Below, one piece after another: positions 21,031 through 36,753 of a DNA stretch of 64,000 nt (position 1 is its first letter; each line of letters begins with the position of its first letter). Under the pieces are notes generated by a model, which saw only the letters and a list, made by a program, of their open reading frames with translations, did no database searches and was not told the DNA's origin. The stretch is from an uncultured Deinococcaceae bacterium. GTDB lineage: Bacteria; Deinococcota; Deinococci; Deinococcales; Deinococcaceae. Both the position numbers and the translations under genes were made by a program. The stretch is from assembly GCA_964252075.1 (NCBI GenBank), contig CAXULY010000009.1:64001-128000 (forward strand), in the 5' to 3' direction.

Positions 21031-21711
21031 ATGAAAACACGATCGCTCATCCTGGTCTCGCTCGGCGCGCTGCTCGCCGCGTGCGGCTCGACCAGCCCAG
21101 GCACCCACACCCCGACACCCCCCGCCTCCCCGTTCAACCCGAACGCCAGCACCGTGCAGAGCAGCGACCCGCGCGTCCCGTACTCCGGCGACTGGGTGTG
21201 GGCCGTGGTGTTCCCCGACGACTCCTCCTACACGGGCGTCATCAGCATCACGCAGAAGGGCAACAGCACGGCGAACTTCGTGAACCCCGGCATCGGGGCG
21301 GCGGCCGTCTGCAACGACGCCACCTGCCCCGTGGTGGATGACCTCGCGGTGGTCGGCTCCCTCGTCTCTACCGTGGACGGCACGGCGAGCCTGACGGTCG
21401 CGCAGGCGACGCAGGCCGGTTCGGTCCGCTGGTTCGGGCTGGACGACGACGGCGTGGTCGGCACCGAGTTCGAGGGCAAGCCCACGCTCACGGGCGGCGC
21501 CCTCTGGGACCCGAGCAGCGACCACGCCGTTGAGGCCGCGTTCGCGATGGCGCAGGTGAGCACCAACTCCAGCGCGGGCGCCAGCCGCCTGCCCAGCGGG
21601 GCCAGGCTCGCGGCGCTGGCGCGCCTGAAGGCCCCCATCAGCGCGCAGCGCCTGAACCACATGCGGGCCCGGGCGCTGGCGGTGGTGGGCGCGCTGGCGC
21701 AGCAGCACTGA
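21031..21711 (+). CDS. Putative lipoprotein
   Basis: Lipobox LLAAC after a hydrophobic stretch. Confidence 0.75.
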   Translation: MKTRSLILVSLGALLAACGSTSPGTHTPTPPASPFNPNASTVQSSDPRVPYSGDWVWAVVFPDDSSYTGVISITQKGNSTANFVNPGIGAAAVCNDATCPVVDDLAVVGSLVSTVDGTASLTVAQATQAGSVRWFGLDDDGVVGTEFEGKPTLTGGALWDPSSDHAVEAAFAMAQVSTNSSAGASRLPSGARLAALARLKAPISAQRLNHMRARALAVVGALAQQH

Positions 21712-21756
21712 CCTGAAGGCCCAGAAGCGGGTGGCTCCGTTGCCGGGCCGCCCGCT

Positions 21757-22764
21757 TCAGTACCCCATGACCTTGCGGATCGCTTTCGCGACGCGGGTGG
21801 CGTTGGGGCGGTAGTGGTCCTCGATGCTGGTGAAGGGCGGATACGGCGCGTCGAAGCCCGTGACGCGCACGATGGGCGCGAGCAGCGACTCGATGGCTTC
21901 CTCCGCGACGGTCGCGGCGATCTCGTTGTGGAAGCCCCCGGTGCGCGGCGCTTCCGTCACGACGACGAGCCGCCCGGTGCGGCGCACGCTCTCCAGCAGC
22001 GCGTCGGTGTCGAGCGGCACGAGGGTGCGGAGGTCCAGCACGTCCACGCCGATGCCGTGCGCGCGGGCGGCGTCCGCGGCGCGCGTGCAGACCTCCACCA
22101 TGCCGCCGTAGCACACGACGGTCACGTCGTCGCCCTCGCGGGCGCGGCGGGCCTGCCCGAGCGGGATGGTGTAGTGGCCCTCCGGCACGTCCTCCTTCAC
22201 GCTGCGGTACAGCTTGATGGCCTCCAAGAAGAACACCGGGTCGGGGTCCTCGATGGCGGCGAGCAGCAGGCCCTTGGCGTCCGCGGGGGTGCTGGGCATC
22301 ACGACCTTCACGCCGGGCACGTGCGCGAGGATCGCCTCGGGGCTGTCGGCGTGCTGCTCGGGCGTGTGGACGCCGCCGCCGTAGGGCGCGCGGATCACCA
22401 TGGGGAGCCCGAAGCGCCCGCGCGTGCGGTGGCGGTAGCGCCCGAGGTGCGAGAGGATCTGGTCGAGCGCCGGGTACATGAAGCCCGCGAACTGAATTTC
22501 CGCGATGGGGCGCAGGCCCGCGAGGCCCATCCCGATGCCCATGCCCACGATGCCCGCCTCCGCGAGCGGGGTGTCGAACACCCGCTCCACCCCGAAACGA
22601 GTCTGAAGCCCGTCCGTGGCGCGGAACACGCCGCCCATGACGCCCACGTCCTCCCCGAAGAGGCACACGGTGGGGTCGCGCTCCAGCGCGAGGGCGAGCG
22701 CGTCGTTGATGGCCGCCACCATGGTCATGGTGCGGGTGGCGGGGCGCGTCTCAAGGGTGGTCAC
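21757..22764 (-). CDS. pdhB: 2-oxoacid dehydrogenase E1 beta subunit
   Basis: [31 protein letters not shown]; substrate (pyruvate or branched-chain) not determinable here. Confidence 0.88.
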   Translation of the reverse strand: MTTLETRPATRTMTMVAAINDALALALERDPTVCLFGEDVGVMGGVFRATDGLQTRFGVERVFDTPLAEAGIVGMGIGMGLAGLRPIAEIQFAGFMYPALDQILSHLGRYRHRTRGRFGLPMVIRAPYGGGVHTPEQHADSPEAILAHVPGVKVVMPSTPADAKGLLLAAIEDPDPVFFLEAIKLYRSVKEDVPEGHYTIPLGQARRAREGDDVTVVCYGGMVEVCTRAADAARAHGIGVDVLDLRTLVPLDTDALLESVRRTGRLVVVTEAPRTGGFHNEIAATVAEEAIESLLAPIVRVTGFDAPYPPFTSIEDHYRPNATRVAKAIRKVMGY

Positions 22765-23822
22765 GCGCTCACCTCGCGCAGCAGGGCGTCGCGCTGGGCG
22801 CGCAGGGCGGGCGTGTGCTCCGCGAAGACGTGATCGAGCATCTCGGCGGGCTCGGGTTCCGGCATGCGGTCGGCGTCCTGCACGGCCGCCTCGAACTCCG
22901 CCACGAGGTCCCGCTGGAGGGCCTCCTCGCGCGCGTCGTCCCACTGCCCGGCGGCGCGCAGGTGCGCGGCGAGGCGCGCGATGGGGTCGCGGGTGAGCCA
23001 CTCGCGGGCGGCGTCCTCGGTGCGGTAGCGGCTGGGGTCGTCACTGACGGTGTGCGGCTTCACGCGGTACGTGACGGTCTCGATGAGGGTGGGGCCGCCG
23101 CCATCCCGGGCGCGCGCGACGGCCTCGCGCGCGACGTGGTGCACGGCGACCACGTCGTTGCCGTCCACCCGTACGCCGGGGATGCCGTAGCCGTCGGCGC
23201 GGCGGGAGAGGTCCGTGGCGCGCGTCTGGCTGCTGGTGGGCACGCTGATGGCCCAGCCGTTGTTCTGCAGCACGAACACGCACGGCGCCTGCAGCGCGCC
23301 CGCGAAGTTCAGCGCCTCGTGGAACTGCCCCTCGCTGCTGCCGCCGTCCCCTATGAGCGCGAGCGCGACGTTGCGCGTGCCCCGCATCCGTTCGGCGAGC
23401 GCGCAGCCCACCGCGTGCGGGTACTGGCTGGCGATGGGAATGTAGAAGGGCAGCACCTTCAGGTTTTGCGGCATCGCCCAGCCGTGCGGAGAGGTGCGCC
23501 AGTACAGGATGGCTTGACTGATGGGGAGGCCGTAGGCGAGGGCGGCGCCAGTGTCGCGGTAGGTGGGGAGCAGCCAGTCGTCGGGCGTGAGGGCGAGCGC
23601 GACGCCCGCCTGGCTGGCCTCCATGCCGCCGTAGGGAGGGTACACGCCCATGCGGCCCTGACGGTGCAGCACCACGGCGCGCTCGTCGAAGTGGCGCAGG
23701 CGGCGCAGCGCGCGGTACAGGGTGCTGAGGGTTTCGGGGTCGGGCAGCAGGTCGGGGCGCACGGCGTCGCCCTGCGCGCCGATGATCTGGAAGGGCTGCT
23801 GGCTTTCGGGCTCCTGGGTCAT
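22761..23822 (-). CDS. pdhA: 2-oxoacid dehydrogenase E1 alpha subunit
   Basis: TPP motif [37 protein letters not shown]. Confidence 0.88.
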   Translation of the reverse strand: MTQEPESQQPFQIIGAQGDAVRPDLLPDPETLSTLYRALRRLRHFDERAVVLHRQGRMGVYPPYGGMEASQAGVALALTPDDWLLPTYRDTGAALAYGLPISQAILYWRTSPHGWAMPQNLKVLPFYIPIASQYPHAVGCALAERMRGTRNVALALIGDGGSSEGQFHEALNFAGALQAPCVFVLQNNGWAISVPTSSQTRATDLSRRADGYGIPGVRVDGNDVVAVHHVAREAVARARDGGGPTLIETVTYRVKPHTVSDDPSRYRTEDAAREWLTRDPIARLAAHLRAAGQWDDAREEALQRDLVAEFEAAVQDADRMPEPEPAEMLDHVFAEHTPALRAQRDALLREVSA

Positions 23823-23936
23823 GCTGAACCTCGCGTTCGTGTGGGGCGTGCCGGGGTTGAACTTGGCGCCAGCTTAGCACCGAACGTTTGTTTGGCTCTG
23901 GAGCCGGGCACGCCGGGCGCGCTTACACTGATCCCC

Positions 23937-24431
23937 ATGCGACCCGCCCTGCTCCTGGCCCTCACGCTGCTCAGCTGCGCCGCCGCTCAATCCGCCAGCA
24001 CGCAGGCCTCCAACCTCCGGGACCTGAGCCTCGCGGACCTGTGCCCACCCACCGCCTACGTCACCATCGACGACGAGGACGACGGCGAACTGGCCGCCGA
24101 CATCGAGGGGCAGCTCGACAAGTACGCCACCCTGTACGGCCTGCGGTACGGCGACGCGAAAGGCTGCACCGCGGCCTCCTACCTGAGTGTGGACGCCTTC
24201 AAGCTCAAGGGCGGCACGTACAGTTACCTGATCGAGTTCGGCGTGGAGCTGCGCGGCGACGTGCGCCTGACCCTCGGGTCGCGCAACGTGACGGTCGCGG
24301 CGCCGCGCGTGTGGACCAACAGCTACTACGGCAGCTACGCCACCCTGGAAAACCTCCGGGACGGCGTCACGGACCGGGTGCGCGATTACTACGACGAGTT
24401 CGCGCTGGACTGGCGCGCCGCGCACCCCTGA
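23937..24431 (+). CDS. Secreted hypothetical protein
   Basis: Signal peptide; TACACT -10 at 23924-23929. Confidence 0.7.
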   Translation: MRPALLLALTLLSCAAAQSASTQASNLRDLSLADLCPPTAYVTIDDEDDGELAADIEGQLDKYATLYGLRYGDAKGCTAASYLSVDAFKLKGGTYSYLIEFGVELRGDVRLTLGSRNVTVAAPRVWTNSYYGSYATLENLRDGVTDRVRDYYDEFALDWRAAHP

Positions 24432-24842
24432 GCCGTCGCCGGTGGCTGACAGTGCGTCAGCCGTTCCTAAATGAGCCCCTCGTCCTGTAGAGACTGGTGC
24501 TGAGCCCCCGAGCGCGTTCGGCGAGACCATCCTGTTCGCGAAGTCCCTGCGGGGCCGCACGCGCACCGTCGCGCTCACTATCCACAGCGCGCTGGAGGGC
24601 GGACCTGCACCCCGCCACTGGCGCTACCAGCCGTGGCTGCGTTGCCCACTGACCTGACGCGCACGCGCGGCCCGTCCTGGTGCCTGCCACCCGGCGTGCC
24701 TCCGCACGACGGGCACGCCACGGAACGTGGCGCTCGCCGCGCATACAAATGTCCTGAGCGCCGTTCACCCCTCGTCCGTGCTGGGCTTTTGCGAGTCCCT
24801 CCCGGCGGGCGGGGCCAGCGCCTCCGCCCGCCCTGAGCGCCC

Positions 24843-26918
<2,076 letters not shown>

Positions 26919-27091
26919 GTCCTTTGCAGTCTCGCCCGATGCCGTGAGGAGCGGGTCAGGTGGACTTGATGTGGACCATCATAAAGGGACCGCGCGCACC
27001 AGAGTCTGGCCTGAATCAGCTTTCGCGCGCGGGGTGGTCATGAAGGCGGGGTGGGCGGGGTCCCCCCACCCACCCCGGCGCGCCCTCAGGT

Positions 27092-28327
27092 TCAGTCCGC
27101 GAAGCGGCGCAGCACCAGCACGGCGTTCTGACCGCCGAAGGCGAAGGAGTTGCTGAGCGCCACGTCCACCTGCTGCTCGCGCGGCGTGAACGGCACGAAA
27201 TCCAGGTCGAGTTCCGGGTCGGGGTCGTCGAGGTTGATGGTGGGCGGAATGATGCCGTCATGGATGGCCTGCGCGGTCGCGATGGCCTCCACGGCGCCCG
27301 CCGCGCCCAGCAGGTGCCCCGTCATGCTCTTGGTGGCGCTGATCGCGAGTTTCTTCGCGTGCTCCCCGAACACCGCCTTGATGGCCTGCACCTCGCCCAG
27401 GTCGCCCGCCGGGGTGCTGGTGGCGTGCGCGTTCACGTACTGCACGGCCTCCGGCTCCAGGTGCGCGTGGCGCAGCGCCATGCGGATCGCCTGCTGGATG
27501 CCGCGGCCCTCCGGCGCGGGCGCCGTGATGTGGAAGGCGTCCGCAGAGCAGCCGTACCCGGTCAGTTCGGCGTAGATGCGCGCGCCGCGCTTCTTCGCGG
27601 CCTCCAGTTCCTCCAGCACCAGCACGCCCGCGCCCTCGCCCAGCACGAAACCGTCGCGGCTCGCGGTGAAGGGGCGGCTGGCGCGCGTGGGCTCGTCGTT
27701 CCGGAAGCTCAGCGCCTTCATGTTCGAGAAGCCGCCCATCGCCATGGGCGTCACGGTCGCCTCGCTGCCGCCCGCCAGCATCATGTCGGCGTCGCCGTCC
27801 TGGATGTAGCGCATGGCCTCACCGATGGCGGTGCTGCCCGTCGCGCAGGCCGTCACGACGGTGCTGCTTGGCCCCGCCGCGCCGTAGCGGATGGCGACCT
27901 GACCGGACGCCATGTTCGCGATCAGCATGGGGATGAACATGGGCGAGATGCGGCCCGCGCCGCGCTCGAAGAACACCTTGCCCTGCGCCTCGAAGGTCTC
28001 CATGCCGCCGATGCCGCTGCCGATCAGCACGCCCACGCGCTCGCTGCGCACCTCGTCCTCCGCGAGGCCCGCGTCCTGAATGGCGAGCGCCGCCGCCGCC
28101 AGCGCGTAATGCACGAAGCGGTCCATGCGCTTCATCTCGCGCACGTCCAGGAACTGGACGTAGTCGTCCTTGATCTCGCCCGCGATGCGGCACGCGATGG
28201 ATGAAGCGTCGAAGCGCGTGATGGGCCCGATCCCGCTGCGCCCCGCCCGCTGCGCCTCGGCGAAGGCCTGCGCCCCCATGCCGATCGGCGTGAGCGGACC
28301 CACGCCAGTGATGACAACGCGTCTCAT
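27092..28327 (-). CDS. fabF: Beta-ketoacyl-ACP synthase II
   Basis: TACATG, NAHATST, KSMTGHLLGAAG, SNSFAFGG. Confidence 0.96.
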   Translation of the reverse strand: MRRVVITGVGPLTPIGMGAQAFAEAQRAGRSGIGPITRFDASSIACRIAGEIKDDYVQFLDVREMKRMDRFVHYALAAAALAIQDAGLAEDEVRSERVGVLIGSGIGGMETFEAQGKVFFERGAGRISPMFIPMLIANMASGQVAIRYGAAGPSSTVVTACATGSTAIGEAMRYIQDGDADMMLAGGSEATVTPMAMGGFSNMKALSFRNDEPTRASRPFTASRDGFVLGEGAGVLVLEELEAAKKRGARIYAELTGYGCSADAFHITAPAPEGRGIQQAIRMALRHAHLEPEAVQYVNAHATSTPAGDLGEVQAIKAVFGEHAKKLAISATKSMTGHLLGAAGAVEAIATAQAIHDGIIPPTINLDDPDPELDLDFVPFTPREQQVDVALSNSFAFGGQNAVLVLRRFAD

Positions 28328-28424
28328 GGAGCACAGCATAGCGTCTGCGGCAAGAGCGGCGAAAAACGGGGGTTCGGGCCCCCGCCTCACAGCGAAACGC
28401 CGCGTGAAGCACTACCCTGCCCGC

Positions 28425-29006
28425 ATGACCGACGCGCCCGACACCGCCCCGCCCGTGAACCCCTTGGTGTACCGCGCGGTGCTCGCCGCGACCTTCGTGC
28501 CCGTGCTGCTGAGCGGCATGCACCTGCACACCCTGGGGCGCGAGTTCGTGCCGCCCGAGGGACGCCTCATCGTGGCGGGCAACCACGTGACGGGCCTCGA
28601 CCCCTTCCTGATCGCGCGCGGCATTCCGGGCCGCAAACTGCAGTTCATGTCGAAGAAGGAACTGTTCGTGCCGGTGCTGGGCGCCATCATCCGCGCGGGC
28701 GGCAGCTTCCCCGTGGACCGCAGCCGCAACGACCTCGGCGCCGTGCGGACCGCGCTGCGCATCCTGGAGGCGGAGGGCACGGTCGGCATCTTCCCGGAGG
28801 GCACGCGCGGCGGCGGTCAGGCCCTGCAGGGCGGCGTGGCGCTCCTGGCCCTCAAGGGCCGCTCGCCCGTGCTGCCCGTGGGCCTGCAGCGCGAGGGTAA
28901 GCGCTGGCTGGTGCGCATCGGGCCGGTCATCGAGCCCACCGGACGCATCAAGGAACTCACCGCCCGGATTGGAGCGGAGATGGAAAGGCTGAGCGGGCCG
29001 ATCTGA
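28425..29006 (+). CDS. plsC: 1-acyl-sn-glycerol-3-phosphate acyltransferase
   Basis: NHVTGLD (HX4D) and FPEGTR motifs. Confidence 0.9.
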   Translation: MTDAPDTAPPVNPLVYRAVLAATFVPVLLSGMHLHTLGREFVPPEGRLIVAGNHVTGLDPFLIARGIPGRKLQFMSKKELFVPVLGAIIRAGGSFPVDRSRNDLGAVRTALRILEAEGTVGIFPEGTRGGGQALQGGVALLALKGRSPVLPVGLQREGKRWLVRIGPVIEPTGRIKELTARIGAEMERLSGPI

Positions 29007-29043
29007 AGTGGGGGCGACCACAGGTGGCCACCCCCTTCCCCAC

Positions 29044-30453
<1,410 letters not shown>

Positions 30454-30489
30454 GGCGTCCCCAATGTTAACGCTGCCGGCGCGCGCCGC

Positions 30490-31983
30490 TCAGTCGCCGG
30501 GGGTGTGGGTGCGGCGCGCTTCCCGCGCGTGCGCGGCGCGCCCGCGCAACTCCGCAAGCGCCTCGGGGCTGCCCAGCACCTGCAGGGCGTCCCCGGCGAG
30601 CAGGACCGTGTCGCCGCGCGGCACGACGTACCGCCCCGCGCGGCGCAGCAGCACGATCAGCGCGCCGGGCGGCAGGTGCAGCTCCACGATGGAGCGCCCC
30701 ACCACGGGCGCGTCCGGCGCGACCACCACCTCCACCAGCTGCTCCTGCACGGCGGCGGGCTCCGCGAACTCCAGCGGCATGGCGCTGCCCGTGGATGCGG
30801 GGAGGTTCACCTTCAGCAGCCGCGCCACCAGCGGCAGGGTGGTGCCCTGCACAAGGATCGAGACGAGCACCACGAAGAACGTGACGTTGAAGAGCGTCTG
30901 CGCGCCCTCCACACCCGCGATGAGCGGGAAGGTCGCCAGGATGATGGGCACCGCGCCGCGCAGGCCCGTCCAGGAGACCATCAGTTTGTGCGCGAGGGGC
31001 GAGCGGTTGGCGAGCAGGCTCACGAAGACCGCGAGGGGGCGCCCCACGAGGACCAGCACCGCCGCCACCAGCAGGGCGGGGAGCGCCACCTGCAGCAGCT
31101 GGTTCGGGAACACCAGCAGGCCCAGCAGCAGGAACATCGCGACTTCCAGCAGGTACGCGAGGCCGTCGTGGAAGGCGTGCAGGGAGCGGCGGTGCAGGAA
31201 GTCGCGGTCGCGCAGCACGACGCCCGCCACGTACACCGCGAGGAAGCCGCTGCCGTGCACGAGGGCCGTCACGCCGTACGTGATGGCGACGAGCGCGACG
31301 GACAGCACAGGGTACAGGCCGCCCAGCGCAAGGTTCACGCGGTTGAGCATCAGGCCGCTGAGGCGCCCGGCGACGTAGCCGATCACACCGCCCAGCAGCA
31401 TCTCCTGCCCGAACAGGGTGAGCAGCGACCACGGGGACTGCGCGGGGTGCGTGGCGAGTTCCGTGAGGCCGATCACCAGCACGACCGCCGTGGGGTCGTT
31501 GATGCCGGACTCGAACTCCAGCAGGGGCCGGATCTGGCCGCGCAGCCCCAGCGCGCGTTCCTTCAGGACGGAGAACACCGCGCTGGCGTCGGTGGGCGCC
31601 ACGATGGCGCCGAGCAGCAGCGCCAGCAGCCACGGCACGCCCAGCAGGTAATGCGCCGCGAGGGCCACCACGCCCGCCGTGACGAGCACGCCCAGGGACG
31701 CCAGGGAGATGCCAGCCCACAGCACGGGCCGCGTGGTCCTCCAGTCGGTTTCCAGCCCGCCGTTGAAGAGGATGTACGCGAGCGCCACGGTGCCCACGAA
31801 CTGCGTGAGGTGGTAGTCCTCGAAGGCGATGCCGCCGAAGCCGTCGCTGCCCGCCAGCATGCCGATCACCAGGAACAGCAGCAGGCCCGGCAGGCCGAGC
31901 CGCCCGCCCAGCTTCCCAGCCAGCAGGCTGAGCAGCAGCAGCACGCCCGCGATGAGGATAACGAGGGTCGGGTCAGTGACCAA
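30490..31983 (-). CDS. cvrA: Potassium/proton antiporter (CvrA/NhaP2) with TrkA_C domain
   Basis: [34 protein letters not shown]-terminal TrkA-C; TTG start with AGGA SD. Confidence 0.88.
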   Translation of the reverse strand: MVTDPTLVILIAGVLLLLSLLAGKLGGRLGLPGLLLFLVIGMLAGSDGFGGIAFEDYHLTQFVGTVALAYILFNGGLETDWRTTRPVLWAGISLASLGVLVTAGVVALAAHYLLGVPWLLALLLGAIVAPTDASAVFSVLKERALGLRGQIRPLLEFESGINDPTAVVLVIGLTELATHPAQSPWSLLTLFGQEMLLGGVIGYVAGRLSGLMLNRVNLALGGLYPVLSVALVAITYGVTALVHGSGFLAVYVAGVVLRDRDFLHRRSLHAFHDGLAYLLEVAMFLLLGLLVFPNQLLQVALPALLVAAVLVLVGRPLAVFVSLLANRSPLAHKLMVSWTGLRGAVPIILATFPLIAGVEGAQTLFNVTFFVVLVSILVQGTTLPLVARLLKVNLPASTGSAMPLEFAEPAAVQEQLVEVVVAPDAPVVGRSIVELHLPPGALIVLLRRAGRYVVPRGDTVLLAGDALQVLGSPEALAELRGRAAHAREARRTHTPGD

Positions 31984-32199
31984 ACAGGGGTCCTGACGGG
32001 CAGCGCCGCGCCGGTGGGGACGGGCCGGGCGCCGGGCGGTGGGGAGAGGCGGTCATGCCTCAGTGTACGGAAAGCCCGCGGCGGCGTCAGGAACGCGTGT
32101 CCCAGGGACCGACTTGATGAAACCTTGCGGCTTGCCCCACGAAGTGTTGCTCCGCCACCGCCGCCCTGCACGCCGCCGTTACCATGGCGGCAGAACGTC

Positions 32200-34368
32200 A
32201 TGGCCTCCGTCCGACCCCCCTCCCACTCCGCCCACGCCGCCCTTCTGGATGCGTTGCCCGATGCGCTGCTCACGCTGGACGCCACCTGGCGCGTCCGCTT
32301 CGTGAATGCCGCCGCCGCGCGCTTCCTGCACCGCGCGGCGGCGGAGGTGCTGGGGCAGGACGTGTGGACGGCATGCCCGGAGCTGCGCGGGACGCCCATC
32401 GAGGCGGAACTCCGCGCGGGTGTGGCGACGTCCTTCGAGGCGGCGTGGCCGGGGCGGGCGGCGCGGCTCTCCCTGCAGGTGTTCGCCCTAACGGACGGTC
32501 TGGGCCTGCACTTCCGGGAGGCCGCGGGCGCGCCGCGCCGCCGGAACCTGCAGCGGCAGAACGCGGCCCTGGAAGCGCACATCGCGCAGCGCACGCAGGT
32601 GCTGCGCGAACGCAACCTGGACCTGCAGGCGGAAACGGAGGCCCTCACGGCCTTCGTGGACTTCAGCGAGGCGGCCGCCGAGACCAGCGACGTGCGCGCC
32701 CTCGCGCGGCACGCGGTGGAGGTGCTGCGCCGCACCCTCGGGGACGTCACGGCCGTGTTCTACGAGGCGAGCGAGCGCGCGTGGCTGCCGCGCGTGTGGT
32801 CGGCGGACCTCGCCGCGCCCCTGCTGGACGCGCTGCAGGCGGGCGTGCCGCTGAACCAGCCGACCTTCTCGGTGGCCGTCTCGAAACGCGCGCCGGTGTT
32901 CGTGGACGAGTGGGACGCCGGGCGTGAAGGCATCCGCGAGAGTGACGGGTACGGCACCGTCGCGGTGTACCCCTTCTTCATGGGGTTCCGGCAGGAGGTC
33001 CCGCGCGCGCTGCTCACGCTGGGCAGCGTCGGCGCGCGCCAGGGTTGGTCCGCGCGCGAGCGGGCGATCTTCCGGACGGTGGGGCGCAGCCTCGCGCTGG
33101 CGCTGGAGCGCGCCGACGCGCTGCAGCAGCTGCGCGCGTCGCAGGCGGAAGTCGAGAGCCGCAACGCCGCGCTGGAGAGCTTCGCGCTGCTGGCGCGCGA
33201 CCTGGCCTTCGAGACGGACGCCGCGGCGCTCGTGCGGCGCGCGCAGGAGATCGTGCTGCCCCTGCTGCCGCCCGGCTACGCGGTGTACTACGAGCCGGAG
33301 GGGCCGCTGTGGCGCCTGCGCGCGCAGACCGGCGCGCTCGGGAACCCCACCCTGCAGCGCCTCGTGGACGCCGGGCTGCCAATGGAGGACACCGGGAACC
33401 TGCTGATCCCGTGGCGCACGCAGCAGGCGTACTACCAGGACCGTTACGACACCCACACCGACCAGTTGCACGACCTCACGCAGCACGTGGGCGCCTCCGC
33501 CGCCCTGCCCGTGCTGGTGAACGGCGAGCCGCGCGGCGTGTTCGCGGTGGGCCTCTTCCAGCGCCACCGCTGGTCGGACGCCGAGAAGGCCCTCCTGGAA
33601 ACCACGACCTTCAGCCTGCGCCTCGCGCTGGAACGCGCGCGGGCCGCGGCGGAACGCGCGGACCAGCAGGTGAAGCTGGAGGAAGCGAACGCGGAACTGG
33701 AGGCGTTCGCGTACAGCGCCTCGCACGACCTGCGCACGCCCGTGCGGCACATCCAGGGTTTCACGGACCTGCTGCGCCGCGAGCTGGGCGACCACACCAC
33801 CCAGAAGACCGCGCGGCTGCTGGACGTGATCGAGTCGGCTTCCATGCGCATGAGCACCCTCATTGACGAGCTGCTGGCCTTCTCGCGGCTGGGCCGGCAG
33901 GCCCTGCGGGTGGAACGCGTGGACCTGAACAGCGTCGTGGGGGCCGTGCGGGACGAGCTGGAGGGCGAAGCGGCGGGCCGCGCGGTGCGGTGGGAGGTGG
34001 GCCCCCTGCCGACCGTGCGGGGTGACGCGGCGCTGCTGTATCAGGTCTTCGAGAACCTGCTGTCCAACGCCCTGAAGTACAGCGGCACGCGGCCCGAGGC
34101 GCGCATCGAGGTGCGCGCGCAGTCCGTGGACAGCGAGCACGTCGTGTGGGTGCGGGACAACGGCGTGGGCTTCGACATGCGGTACAGCGAGCGCCTCTTC
34201 GGGGTGTTCCAGCGCCTGCACCGCGAATCGGAGTTCGAGGGGACCGGCGTGGGCCTCGCGAACGTGCGGCGCATCGTGCAGAAGCACGGCGGGCGCGTGT
34301 GGGCGGAGAGTGAACTTGATCGGGGCGCCGCGTTCTTCTTCAGCTTGCCGCGCGCCCGCGACGATTGA
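32200..34368 (+). CDS. PAS-GAF-GAF sensor histidine kinase
   Basis: N-terminal PAS; H-box [35 protein letters not shown]. Confidence 0.92.
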   Translation: MASVRPPSHSAHAALLDALPDALLTLDATWRVRFVNAAAARFLHRAAAEVLGQDVWTACPELRGTPIEAELRAGVATSFEAAWPGRAARLSLQVFALTDGLGLHFREAAGAPRRRNLQRQNAALEAHIAQRTQVLRERNLDLQAETEALTAFVDFSEAAAETSDVRALARHAVEVLRRTLGDVTAVFYEASERAWLPRVWSADLAAPLLDALQAGVPLNQPTFSVAVSKRAPVFVDEWDAGREGIRESDGYGTVAVYPFFMGFRQEVPRALLTLGSVGARQGWSARERAIFRTVGRSLALALERADALQQLRASQAEVESRNAALESFALLARDLAFETDAAALVRRAQEIVLPLLPPGYAVYYEPEGPLWRLRAQTGALGNPTLQRLVDAGLPMEDTGNLLIPWRTQQAYYQDRYDTHTDQLHDLTQHVGASAALPVLVNGEPRGVFAVGLFQRHRWSDAEKALLETTTFSLRLALERARAAAERADQQVKLEEANAELEAFAYSASHDLRTPVRHIQGFTDLLRRELGDHTTQKTARLLDVIESASMRMSTLIDELLAFSRLGRQALRVERVDLNSVVGAVRDELEGEAAGRAVRWEVGPLPTVRGDAALLYQVFENLLSNALKYSGTRPEARIEVRAQSVDSEHVVWVRDNGVGFDMRYSERLFGVFQRLHRESEFEGTGVGLANVRRIVQKHGGRVWAESELDRGAAFFFSLPRARDD

Positions 34369-34407
34369 CGGCGCCCTGAGCGCCCAAGGGCGGTGGCCCG
34401 GGTGTCT

Positions 34408-35358
34408 TCAGCGCTCGGGGCGCAGGACCGCCAGCAGCGGGCGGTGATCGCTGCCGCCCGGCGGCAGCACCCGCGCCGAGAGCGGCTGCACGCCCCGCAT
34501 GAAGACGTGATCGATGCGCCACAGCGGCAGCGCGGACGGGAAACTCAGCCCGAAGCCCACCCCGACCGCGCCGAAGGCGTCCGTGAGGGCGCCCTCCAGG
34601 CGCCGGTAATCGCGGCCGCGCGGCGGCGTGTTGAAGTCCCCCGCCACCACCAGCGGGTCCGGCGCCGCCGCGATCAGGGCCATGAGGGCGTTCAGCTGCC
34701 GGTCACGCGCCTGCTCGCTGGCGCCCAGACGACCCCGCATGGCGGCCGTCACCTGCACGGACCACAGGTGCACGTTCACCACCCGCAGGCGGCGGTCCTG
34801 CCAGCGCAGGTCCGTGACGAGCGCGTGCCGCCCACCCGCGTCGAGCGTCACGTCCCGCTGCGCGAGCAGCGGCAGGCGCGTGAAGGTCGCGACCTCGTTC
34901 AGGGCGACCACGCGGTATTCCGGCAGCGCGTCCTTCAGGCCCTGCAGGAAGCCCGCGCGCAGGCCGTTCACCTCCTGCAGCGTCACCACGTCCGGGTTCA
35001 CGGAGCGAATGGTGGCCGCCACGCGCTCCGGGCTGCTCAGGCCGCCGCGCGCCACGTTGAAGCTCAGCACCCGCAGGCCCACGTCGCGCGTGGGCAGGTG
35101 CAGGTTGAGCCCGGCGTACACCAGCGCCAGCGCACACGCCAGCAGTGCGAGCAGTACCGGGCGCGCGCGCGGGCGCCACAGCGCCAGCAGCAGCAGCGCG
35201 GGCGCGGGCCACGCGAACAGCAGGGGCGGCGCGTACGTGAGGAGCAGCGTGGCGGGCGTGACCTCTCCCACCACCTCTCCCAGCAGCCACACCAGCACCA
35301 GCACGCCCAGGTACAGCAGACACCACCACTCCAGCGACCAGACGCGCACACGCCTCAC
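34408..35358 (-). CDS. Membrane-anchored endonuclease/exonuclease/phosphatase (EEP) protein
   Basis: N-terminal TMs; SFNV, LQE, AGDFN, RIDH, SDH motifs. Confidence 0.9.
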   Translation of the reverse strand: MRRVRVWSLEWWCLLYLGVLVLVWLLGEVVGEVTPATLLLTYAPPLLFAWPAPALLLLALWRPRARPVLLALLACALALVYAGLNLHLPTRDVGLRVLSFNVARGGLSSPERVAATIRSVNPDVVTLQEVNGLRAGFLQGLKDALPEYRVVALNEVATFTRLPLLAQRDVTLDAGGRHALVTDLRWQDRRLRVVNVHLWSVQVTAAMRGRLGASEQARDRQLNALMALIAAAPDPLVVAGDFNTPPRGRDYRRLEGALTDAFGAVGVGFGLSFPSALPLWRIDHVFMRGVQPLSARVLPPGGSDHRPLLAVLRPER

Positions 35359-35392
35359 ACGCCCGAGTGTACGGGGTGAAGCGAAAGGCCAC

Positions 35393-35418
35393 AAAAAACC
35401 CCGCCTGATGACGGGGTT
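35393..35418 (-). terminator. Terminator of the tRNA(CAT) gene
   Basis: AACCCCG..CGGGGTT stem followed by a T-run on the minus strand. Confidence 0.75.
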
Positions 35419-35427
35419 CCTGTTCCC

Positions 35428-35504
<77 letters not shown>

Positions 35505-35580
35505 GCGCGTGCGCGTGGGCCCGAGTAGCTTAGCGCTGCGTGCGCCCTCCCTGCAAGTCCCGGGCGGTAGGATGGCGGGC

Positions 35581-36753
35581 GTGCGGCCAGGCGCGGATCT
35601 GCTGGTGGTTTCGAACGGTCACGCTGAGGACCTGATCGGGGCGGCGCTGCTGCGCGCGCTGCGGCGTCCGGCGTGGGTGGCGCCGCTGGTGGGTGAGGGG
35701 CGCGTGTACGCAGGCGTGGCGGAGCGGGTGTCGCCTGAGTTGCGCCTGCCTTCGGGCGGGTTTCCGTTCGCGAGCGCGGGGAATCTCGCGGCGGACTTGT
35801 GCGCGGGTCTCGTGGGGGGCTCCTTGCGCCAGTGGCGGGCGGTGTGGCGCGCGGGGCGGCGCGTGCGGGCGGTGGTGGCGGTGGGGGACGCGTACGCGCT
35901 GTGGCTCGCGGCGCGCGCGGCGGGCGGGCGACCGCTGTACCACCTGCAACCGCTGGTGTCCGTGCTGTACGGCGAGGGCATGGCGTGGCGGGATCATTTG
36001 CGGGAACTGAACGCGCTGGGCGCGAACGTGTTCCTGCCGGGCGAGTTGGCGCTGGGGCGGCGCGCGCGGCGGGTGTTCACGCGGGACGCGGCGAGTGCCG
36101 CGCACCTGCGGGCGCGCGGCGTGAACGCGGCGTGGCATGGGAGTTTCGCGATGGACCTGCTGCCCGCGCCAGAGCGCGACCTGGGCGCGCTGCGGGATGG
36201 GCGTCCCGTGCTGGCCCTGCTGCCGGGCAGCCGGGGGGACGCGCGCTTCAGCCTTCCCGTCATGCTGGGGGCTGCAGAGCGGCTCCCGGAGGTGCAGGCG
36301 ATGGTGGGGTGGGCGGGCGATTGGAGAGCCCTGCCGGACCTGCCGGGCTGGCGGGTGGACGTTGAGGATGCGGGGCGCGCGGTGCTGTCGCGCGGTGGGG
36401 TGCGGGTGCTGGCGCTCTGTGGGGCGTTCGGGGCGCTGGCGCGGGCGGCGGCGGTGGCGCTGGGCACGGCGGGCACCGCGAGTGAGCAGCTGGCGGGGCT
36501 GGGCGTGCCGGTGGTGGGCTTCGTGACGCCGGGGCCGCAGTTCACGCCGTCCTTCGCGCGGCGTCAGGCGCGCCTGCTGGGGAGCGCCCTCACGCTCACG
36601 CGCGCGCAGCCGGACGCGGTGGCCGCGGAGGTGCGCGCCCTGCTGCGGCACCCGGAATGGGCGGCCCTGGCGGGTGGGGTTGGGCGGGCGCGCATCGGAC
36701 CGCCGGGCGCCATTGCGCGCATCGGGGCGGAGGTCAGCGCGGCGCTGGAGTGA
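35581..36753 (+). CDS. Lipid-A-disaccharide synthase-related glycosyltransferase (LpxB-like GT-B)
   Basis: [43 protein letters not shown]. Confidence 0.82.
   Translation: MRPGADLLVVSNGHAEDLIGAALLRALRRPAWVAPLVGEGRVYAGVAERVSPELRLPSGGFPFASAGNLAADLCAGLVGGSLRQWRAVWRAGRRVRAVVAVGDAYALWLAARAAGGRPLYHLQPLVSVLYGEGMAWRDHLRELNALGANVFLPGELALGRRARRVFTRDAASAAHLRARGVNAAWHGSFAMDLLPAPERDLGALRDGRPVLALLPGSRGDARFSLPVMLGAAERLPEVQAMVGWAGDWRALPDLPGWRVDVEDAGRAVLSRGGVRVLALCGAFGALARAAAVALGTAGTASEQLAGLGVPVVGFVTPGPQFTPSFARRQARLLGSALTLTRAQPDAVAAEVRALLRHPEWAALAGGVGRARIGPPGAIARIGAEVSAALE

Noticed and set aside
24432..24842. ~400-bp gap before the ppk1 3' end as a possible pseudogene or ncRNA
   Set aside because: Only short ORFs with no motif and no clear structure
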